Source: an uncultured Ferruginibacter sp.
Lineage (GTDB): Bacteria; Bacteroidota; Bacteroidia; Chitinophagales; Chitinophagaceae
Length of the DNA: 64,000 bases
Reading direction: 5' to 3'
Assembly: GCA_964490345.1 (NCBI GenBank)
Contig: CAZBBO010000015.1
Location: 1,971 to 65,970, forward strand
Positions 58,401 to 64,000 of this stretch are shown piece by piece; the stretch's first letter is position 1; every line of letters begins with the position of its first letter. The notes below the pieces were generated by a model, which saw only the letters and a list, made by a program, of their open reading frames with translations, made no database searches and had not been told where the DNA came from. Position numbers and translations under genes: made by a program.

Positions 58401-58588
58401 CTGAAAAGGATTATCCGGTTTCGGTAAATGGGAAAATGCGTACTAATATTAAAATATCTCTTAGTGCAACCACAGAGGAGGTGGAAAAAATAGTGCTGCA
58501 AAATGATGTAATAAAAAAATGGCTCGAAGATAAACAGCCAAAGAAAATCATCTTTGTACAAGGTAAGATGATCAATGTTGTAATGTGA
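55490..58588 (+). CDS. leuS: Leucine--tRNA ligase (with unusually long insert before KMSKS)
   Basis: MEYNFNDIEKKWQQYW, HVGH (HIGH) motif, CP1 editing domain, NQGMIQG and KMSKS at 57908-57922. 1032 aa from ATG 55490; the track start is TTG 55472. Confidence 0.92.
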   Translation: MEYNFNDIEKKWQQYWIDQHIYRVDNNASKPPFYVLDMFPYPSGAGLHVGHPLGYIASDIYSRFKTLKGFNVLHPMGFDSFGLPAEQYALETGRHPADTTNKNIETFKRQLNRIGFCYDWEREVRTSDPDYYRWTQWLFLKLYNSYFCNTQQKARPIADLIEKYSKFGAMPKNGKPITGKHFTADEWNSMTKEDQEEILMHRRLVYSSYGEVNWCEGLGTVLANDEVVNGVSERGGFPVEKKKMRQWFLRITAYANRLLESLEHLEFSDSMKEMQRNWIGRSKGAEVEFSVLGAGLDIKVYTTRPETIFGVDFMVLAPEHELVCQIVTAEQKKEIDKYIIYVKSRSDRERMSEVKQVTGCFTGAYAINPFNGKQVPVYIAEYVLAGYGTGAIMAVPSGDQRDFLFAKHFKIPVTNIMGDAFTGKEAADDKSAVLHNSGFLNGLTMEKAFDVAISKLEELGIGKPKVNFKMRDAGFSRQRYWGEPFPIIWKNEMPFALDEKELPLKLPHIERYEPGPNGEGPLANVHDWINLNNGKRRESSTMPGYAGSSWYFLRYMDPKNNEEFCSRTASDYWGQVDVYIGGTEHAVGHLLYSRMWTKVLFDLGLIGFDEPFKRLVNQGMIQGSSRMVYRLNLQSAELLLKKIISSFTDLHIERDRRLHGWNFDYFFTEKELAIDVTKNTILRQRIKDFNAIRERENLSVKVLFISEIELFEKMRGGNDFCRQWLENLIETGEEYHSPVSEKGDFFVSKGYIERGDLENVDVLRVDVSLVDGIELDIQRFKRWRAEYQDAEFILENGKYICGAEVEKMSKSKYNTVNPDELCMRYGADTFRMYEMFLGPIEASKPWDTKGIEGVHRFLKKLWRLFWQEEKCVVCTDEPKEQELRVLHKAIKKIDQDTESFSFNTAVSAFMVCINELSELKCNKRKVLEPLLVLLAPYAPHIAEELWKCCGNEKSILLTDYPILNEKYLVESEKDYPVSVNGKMRTNIKISLSATTEEVEKIVLQNDVIKKWLEDKQPKKIIFVQGKMINVVM

Positions 58589-58607
58589 TTTTTTAAGAGA
58601 GCAAATT

Positions 58608-59297
58608 ATGTATGAAGAGTTGGCTTTTGAAAATGGGATAGAAAAGATTGCTCCCCACCTACATCCGGTTATCATGTTGGCTGAAGGCGAAAGAGCGGTG
58701 CCTATTGACTTATCAGCTGGTGGAGTGAATGCAGATAAAATTCCTACTGATATGGGGGAGGCCGTTAACTGGTTTGAAGTTCTTCGTAAAAACAACAATG
58801 CTGCTTTTTTATACGGTGGGTATAGGGAGGTGCGGAATTTATACAATACATTTCAATTGTTTGATCACCACTATGGTTTTCGAAATTTACATTTGGGAAT
58901 AGATGTTTGGGGGAACTCTCAAACCCCGGTTTATTCTCCATGGGGTGGAATGGTTCATAGTTTTAAATTCAATAGCAACCCCGGTGATTATGGAAGTACA
59001 ATTATTTTACAACACCAAACAGAAGCAATTAATTTTTATACATTATACGGTCATCTTTCACTTAATAGCCTTGAAGATATTGAGTTGGGCAGGTTTATTA
59101 CTCGTGGTGTTCCTTTTGCTAAATTGGGTGAGATTGAAGAAAATGGTGGGTATCCTCCTCATTTACATTTTCAGATAATTTTAGATATGGGCATCCAGGA
59201 AGGTGATTATCCCGGTGTGTGTGCCTTAGCTGAAGCTCAGCCTTATTTGCAAAATTCTCCTAATCCCGGCGTCTTCTTCAGAAACTTTGAAGATTAA
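58608..59297 (+). CDS. M23/LytM-family metallopeptidase-domain protein without signal peptide
   Basis: 229 aa. HLGIDV (HxxxD) and PPHLHFQI (HxH). No hydrophobic N-terminus. Confidence 0.7.
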   Translation: MYEELAFENGIEKIAPHLHPVIMLAEGERAVPIDLSAGGVNADKIPTDMGEAVNWFEVLRKNNNAAFLYGGYREVRNLYNTFQLFDHHYGFRNLHLGIDVWGNSQTPVYSPWGGMVHSFKFNSNPGDYGSTIILQHQTEAINFYTLYGHLSLNSLEDIELGRFITRGVPFAKLGEIEENGGYPPHLHFQIILDMGIQEGDYPGVCALAEAQPYLQNSPNPGVFFRNFED

Positions 59298-59333
59298 ACT
59301 TTATTTTTATACCTAAAATCAAATAGGCTGTAC

Positions 59334-61265
59334 ATGGAAATTAAACCAGGCCCCTTATTGCAAACAATCAATTCTCCGAAGGATTTGAAAAATATTTCAA
59401 AAGAGGATTTGGTTAAAGTATGTAATGAGCTTCGCCAATATATAGTGGATGTAGTAAGTGTGCATGGTGGACATTTTGCTGCCAGTTTAGGGGTGGTTGA
59501 ACTTACTGTGGCATTACATTATGTTTTTAATACACCCTATGATCAATTAGTTTGGGATGTTGGGCATCAGGCATACGGACACAAAATTTTAACCGGTAGG
59601 CGTGAAAGTTTTGTTACCAATCGTAAGTATGGCGGGTTAAGCGGATTTCCAAAAAGAAGTGAAAGTGAGTATGATACTTTTGGTGTTGGTCATTCTTCTA
59701 CCTCTATTTCTGCAGCATTGGGGATGGCAATGGCATCTCATTATAAAGGAGAAACCAACAGGCAGCATATTGCCGTAATTGGTGATGGTGCACTTGGTGC
59801 AGGTATCGCTTTTGAAGCAATGAATCACGCCGGAATAGAGAAAAGTAATGTGTTAATTATTCTCAATGATAATTGCATGAGCATTGATCCTAATGTGGGT
59901 GCACTAAAAGAGTATTTAACAGATATTACCACATCTCAAACATTTAATGATTTACGTGATAATGTGTGGAAGGCATTGGGCAAATTACCGGTAGGTAAAG
60001 ACTTTACACGAGATATGGCAAGTAAATTAGAACTTGCATTAAAAGGCTTAGTAAGTAGAAACAGCAACCTGTTTGAAACATTGAAACTTCGCTACTTTGG
60101 TCCAATTGATGGGCATAATGTAAATAAATTAGTAGATGTGCTTAATGACTTAAAAGGTATTAATGGCCCGAAAATTTTGCATATCAAAACAGTTAAGGGT
60201 AAGGGTTATGATAAGGCAGAAAAAGATCAAACTAAATGGCATGCTCCGGGTTTATTTGATAAGGTAACCGGGGAGATTTACAAAAAGAAATTTGAATTAC
60301 CTCAACCACCAAAGTATCAGGATGTATTTGGTCATACTATTATAGAACTTGCTAAACAAAATAAAAAAATATTCGGAGTTACACCTGCCATGCCCAGTGG
60401 ATGTTCATTGAAATTTATGATGGATGAGATGCCGGACAGAGCTGTAGATGTAGGGATTTGTGAGCAGCATGCTGTTACCCTTAGTGCAGGTATGGCTACT
60501 CAGGGAATGAAAGTCTTTTGTAATATCTATTCATCGTTTATGCAGCGTGCTTATGATATGGTAGTGCATGATGTGGCTATACAAAACTTGCCGGTTATAT
60601 TTTGTTTGGACAGAGCCGGATTGGTGGGCGAGGATGGGCCCACTCATCATGGATGTTATGATATTGCTTATATGCGTTGTATCCCAAACATGATTGTTTC
60701 TGCGCCTATGAATGAATCAGAGTTACGCAATTTGATGTACACTGCTCAGTTAGATAGTACTACCAATCCTTTCTCTATACGTTACCCGCGTGGAGAAGGT
60801 GTTATGCCCGAGTGGCGCACACCAATGAAAGAAATAAAAATTGGTACTGGACGAAAAATAAATGATGGTGAAGGATTGGCGGTATTGTCGTTTGGACATC
60901 CGGGAAATTCTGCTGCCGAAGCAATACGTGATGTTAAGCGGGAAGGATTAAATCCTGCACATTATGATATGCGCTTTGTTAAGCCATTAGATGAGAACAT
61001 GCTTCATGAAGTCTTTACAAAATTCAATAAGATTATTACTGTTGAGGATGGAACGGTAAAAGGTGGTTTTGGTTCTGCTGTGTTGGAATTTATGAATGAG
61101 AACGGATATCATGCGGATGTAAAAATTATGGGTATTCCCGACAGATTAGTGGAGCATGGTACATTAAAGCAGTTGTATGTTGAAGTAGGTATAGATGCAA
61201 ATCATATCGCTGCAAATATTAGAGCCATGCTTGGAGCCGATGTGCCTATTGCCGTAAAAAGCTAA
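59334..61265 (+). CDS. dxs: 1-deoxy-D-xylulose-5-phosphate synthase
   Basis: 643 aa. GGHFAASLG, DVGHQAY.HKILTGR, GDGALGAG and the transketolase C-terminal domain. Confidence 0.92.
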   Translation: MEIKPGPLLQTINSPKDLKNISKEDLVKVCNELRQYIVDVVSVHGGHFAASLGVVELTVALHYVFNTPYDQLVWDVGHQAYGHKILTGRRESFVTNRKYGGLSGFPKRSESEYDTFGVGHSSTSISAALGMAMASHYKGETNRQHIAVIGDGALGAGIAFEAMNHAGIEKSNVLIILNDNCMSIDPNVGALKEYLTDITTSQTFNDLRDNVWKALGKLPVGKDFTRDMASKLELALKGLVSRNSNLFETLKLRYFGPIDGHNVNKLVDVLNDLKGINGPKILHIKTVKGKGYDKAEKDQTKWHAPGLFDKVTGEIYKKKFELPQPPKYQDVFGHTIIELAKQNKKIFGVTPAMPSGCSLKFMMDEMPDRAVDVGICEQHAVTLSAGMATQGMKVFCNIYSSFMQRAYDMVVHDVAIQNLPVIFCLDRAGLVGEDGPTHHGCYDIAYMRCIPNMIVSAPMNESELRNLMYTAQLDSTTNPFSIRYPRGEGVMPEWRTPMKEIKIGTGRKINDGEGLAVLSFGHPGNSAAEAIRDVKREGLNPAHYDMRFVKPLDENMLHEVFTKFNKIITVEDGTVKGGFGSAVLEFMNENGYHADVKIMGIPDRLVEHGTLKQLYVEVGIDANHIAANIRAMLGADVPIAVKS

Positions 61266-61322
61266 TGGATATTTTTCTCAATTATTTTATCTTTTGGAAT
61301 ATCACTAATACAACCAACACCA

Positions 61323-63062
61323 TTATTGCCTCACCACCTTCGTACTCCAGATTTGCCCGGTAGTGGTAACGGCACGTACAATATACGTACCCGGCTTCAA
61401 GCCTGAAAGCAGAGTAGATGCAACATTTTCTAAAGCCATTTTGTTGCCTTGAGCCTGTTTTACAATACGTCCGCTAATATCATGTACGGTTATGGAGCCG
61501 CGATCGATAGGTTTCCATTGGTTTAAACGGAGATTTACAGGGCCATTTGTTGGATTGGGATACAGTGAATTTGTTTTCTCGTCATTTAGTGTAGGAATGG
61601 TTGTTATTGGTTGGCGATAAGACTCATCACACCATTCAAAGTCTTTTTGAAATACATCTTGCTGAACTTCGTCCCACCAAACTACTGTCATTTTAGACAA
61701 TCCACCCGTTAAACGTCCGGCAATGGCTGGGTTAATACTCTCATAATTATATGGATTGTCGGTTGGTACCATTTCAAAAAAACCATTTCTAGGTACACAA
61801 TTATAGGCTCCCGGATACCCCGTTCCGTCAATGGATAATGCAATAATTGTTGGAGCATCAGTACCTGTATTTGTACTTAATGCTTCAGCCCATCCGCCCT
61901 CCCAAACAATTTGGGCTGATACCTCAGTGTTTGGGTCAAATCCATACGAAATCACAGGGTTCCTATGCCAGTCATTAAAGGAAACAGTACCGCCATTTAT
62001 CATAAAAATTGGTTCTGAATTATCAGTATATACGTGAGGCTTATCAACCATATCCAACCGGGAATTTCCATGAATATGCGAGTAAGTGCCATCATTTACA
62101 GAATATACAATTGTCCATGCATCTTTTAAAAAATACATGCCGCCATCTGAACCCGGAACTGCAATACGTGGACGCCCAATGATGTTACCGCTATAACTAG
62201 TATTATAAATTACATTTGATGTAGGAGGATTAATGGATATTGCACCTGAAGGAAAAAGAGGCCCGGTATACCAGAAATCTGCATAATTATACTGATCTAC
62301 AAAAACCTCAACATTTGCCAAATCCAGGTAGGTTATAAAAATGTTTTCTATTTTAGCTGTTACATGCGATGCAATAGATACATCAGGCTTACCCACATTA
62401 TCATGTGGAAGATCCACTTTCATTGTTAGTATTATGTTTCCCGAAGCATCTGTATAGGCACTAAGTCCCGGAAATGCAAATTGATTGTAAGCGTAACCCA
62501 CAATTAAGCTAATCTTATTACGGTCTAAGTCATCCCAAACTATTACAAAATCACCCACTTCATTGGCATCTATTCTAATGGCGTTATCATTGGGATTTGG
62601 GAAGTTACTGTTTAATACTAGCAGCTCTTCAAAAAATACTTGGAATATATTGTTGATATCGGTCACATCAAACCCCTCAGCAATATACCTGGTGTTATTA
62701 ACATCGTAACCTACTACAATTGCATAAACGTTCCCGATGTGTACGCTCTGATCAATCATTAATGAAACATCAGGATTGGTTATTTCAAATGACAGGGGAA
62801 ATGCTATTGGGAAAGCCGGGCTTGAACAATCGTAGTATTCAATATTCAAATGCGTGTTTGAAACAACGGCTTTATACGTTGCGCAATCAATTCCCAAAAT
62901 ATCTACTGCAGTTTCAGAATGGCTTAATCCGGTATTTAGTAATGCACATGAAGTTTGAGCATTAACTGGTGGAAATACATTAAAGTACTGTCCGTGAGCC
63001 AATTGAAAAAATAACACAAATGATACCCAAAGACTCGTTCTTAAAAGAGATTTTGCTTTCAT
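61323..63062 (-). CDS. Secreted protein of unknown function with T9SS type-A C-terminal sorting domain
   Basis: 579 aa. Signal peptide MKAKSLLRTSLWVSFVLFFQLAHGQ. The C-terminus LYPNPTNGPVNLRL...ITVHDISGRIV...GTYIVRAVTTTGQIWSTKVVRQ is a canonical Por/T9SS CTD. Confidence 0.8.
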   Translation of the reverse strand: MKAKSLLRTSLWVSFVLFFQLAHGQYFNVFPPVNAQTSCALLNTGLSHSETAVDILGIDCATYKAVVSNTHLNIEYYDCSSPAFPIAFPLSFEITNPDVSLMIDQSVHIGNVYAIVVGYDVNNTRYIAEGFDVTDINNIFQVFFEELLVLNSNFPNPNDNAIRIDANEVGDFVIVWDDLDRNKISLIVGYAYNQFAFPGLSAYTDASGNIILTMKVDLPHDNVGKPDVSIASHVTAKIENIFITYLDLANVEVFVDQYNYADFWYTGPLFPSGAISINPPTSNVIYNTSYSGNIIGRPRIAVPGSDGGMYFLKDAWTIVYSVNDGTYSHIHGNSRLDMVDKPHVYTDNSEPIFMINGGTVSFNDWHRNPVISYGFDPNTEVSAQIVWEGGWAEALSTNTGTDAPTIIALSIDGTGYPGAYNCVPRNGFFEMVPTDNPYNYESINPAIAGRLTGGLSKMTVVWWDEVQQDVFQKDFEWCDESYRQPITTIPTLNDEKTNSLYPNPTNGPVNLRLNQWKPIDRGSITVHDISGRIVKQAQGNKMALENVASTLLSGLKPGTYIVRAVTTTGQIWSTKVVRQ

Positions 63063-63132
63063 AATTTTAAGTAGAGGGTGATTTTTTATAGAAGAATCTA
63101 TAAATACATAGGGAAAATAATATATTTGGTAA

Positions 63133-64000
63133 GTGAAAAAAATTAAGCAATTCTCATCATTCTTAATATTGACGTGCCATATATTGATTGCAACCGCATA
63201 TTCGCAAACAAATTGGAGGGCCTATTGGACCGGGGCCGCCGATAGCGACTGGCACAACCCGGCCAACTGGGATCCTGCTGTTGTACCTAGTTTAAATATA
63301 CAGATTATTATTGAAAATGATTCTTTAACGCCTCCATTGCATTGGCCTATATTAACACAGGATATTCAAGCAACTACGAATGATATATACTTATACGCTG
63401 GAGCGAAATTTTATTTTAACGGCTTCACACTTTACTGTAAGAGATTACAGGTATATGAAAGTGAAATATTTGCGGGTGTAGGCGGGAGAATTGTTTTCTC
63501 AAGAGTAAGCTCTGCTGTAGTTTTAGCTGTACAGTATTCTAAAATGCACGGAAAGTTTAATATTGAAACGGATGGAGCAGATCGCTCATGGATTCATAAT
63601 TCTATTTCTGATGACTTGAATATTTTGGCAAAAACCCAATCAGGTATGTATATGGGCGATATGCTCATAAATGGGAATGTTACTTATTCTAAACCATTTT
63701 CTCCGGGAAATTCGAATTTCGCAATCTTTCAACCAATATTGGTTATGAATAATTGCACTATTAGCGGTGATTTTTTGTACAATAATCAATTTGGAGGGAG
63801 GGTGGCAATAGATTCGGGGGTTTTGGTAAATGGCAAAATTGATTTTGAGCATATTGGTCAGAATCCAAATCCTCCTCAGATTTCTCAAGATTTTATTTTT
63901 AAAGGTGTATCGAATAATACCCCCGGAGGAAAAATTAAGGTAACCGGTTGCAACCTTGGTAGGATTGTGGGCGATACGCTTAGGGTAGATTCCCTTATTA
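63133..64000 (+). CDS. Large secreted/surface protein, N-terminal 289 codons (runs off the right edge)
   Basis: Not in the track (open at the edge). GTG directly after an in-frame TAA. VKKIKQFSSFLILTCHILIATAYSQ signal peptide, then TNWRAYWTGAADSDWHNPANWDPAVVP and a beta-helix-like N/G-rich sequence. TATATTTG box 4 nt upstream of the GTG. Confidence 0.65.
   Translation, partial: MKKIKQFSSFLILTCHILIATAYSQTNWRAYWTGAADSDWHNPANWDPAVVPSLNIQIIIENDSLTPPLHWPILTQDIQATTNDIYLYAGAKFYFNGFTLYCKRLQVYESEIFAGVGGRIVFSRVSSAVVLAVQYSKMHGKFNIETDGADRSWIHNSISDDLNILAKTQSGMYMGDMLINGNVTYSKPFSPGNSNFAIFQPILVMNNCTISGDFLYNNQFGGRVAIDSGVLVNGKIDFEHIGQNPNPPQISQDFIFKGVSNNTPGGKIKVTGCNLGRIVGDTLRVDSLI

Noticed and set aside
58391-58846. 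151-aa minus-strand ORF spanning the leuS 3' end and the M23 gene 5' end.
   Set aside because: It overlaps two well-supported + strand genes, has no recognisable motif, and has composition typical of an antisense frame.
63640-63888. 82-aa minus-strand ORF near the right edge.
   Set aside because: It is embedded antisense in the longer open + frame (63133 to beyond 64000), which has a signal peptide and an adhesin-like N-terminal motif.
1-64000. Search for CRISPR arrays, rRNA genes, integrases or prophage modules, toxin-antitoxin pairs and further tRNAs.
   Set aside because: I saw no regularly spaced direct repeats and no rRNA-like conserved blocks. The only T-loop (GGTTCGACTCC) context is the tRNA-Leu at 23062. 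No recombinase exists apart from the IS3 fragment. All intergenic gaps over 150 nt were read on both strands.

Overview
AT-rich, densely packed chromosomal segment from a Bacteroidota genome. Diagnostic features are the lpxC-fabZ fusion inside an lpxD-lpxC/fabZ-lpxA operon, a mutY-ssb-gldE-gldD block, a PorX-type regulator, a T9SS C-terminal sorting domain, long-form IspG and TAnnTTTG -7 promoter boxes. I call 58 protein-coding genes. Three are absent from the supplied ORF track: two edge-truncated ORFs and one 29-codon gene. I also call one tRNA-Leu(UAG), one decayed IS3 transposase fragment and a few promoters and intrinsic terminators. The content is overwhelmingly core housekeeping: lipid A synthesis, isoprenoid precursors (ispG, dxs), translation (leuS, tsaB, tsaE, tig), DNA repair (recQ, mutY, ssb, ruvC), the stringent response, gliding/T9SS and two P1B metal ATPases. 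I see no CRISPR array, rRNA, prophage, integrase, or obvious multi-gene defence or biosynthetic island. The only clearly accessory patch is the first ~2.6 kb, holding a type III Res helicase fragment, an IS3 remnant and an isolated FkbM methyltransferase. I did not find a convincing novel multi-gene system. The most unusual observations are: (1) a ~113-aa insert in LeuS whose core reads like a degenerate DUF559/Vsr-type endonuclease fold; (2) a class D beta-lactamase-like lipoprotein with S-T-F-D in place of S-T-F-K; (3) a strong intrinsic terminator 20 nt upstream of greA, a GraL-like leader architecture; (4) a consensus promoter plus terminator pair predicting a ~60-nt sRNA between DUF853 and recQ; (5) a RecQ paralogue with ~170 extra residues between motif VI and the zinc motif; (6) an ArsR / persulfide-dioxygenase-rhodanese / LuxR-solo module. 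All functional calls rest on motif recognition by eye. No database search was run.
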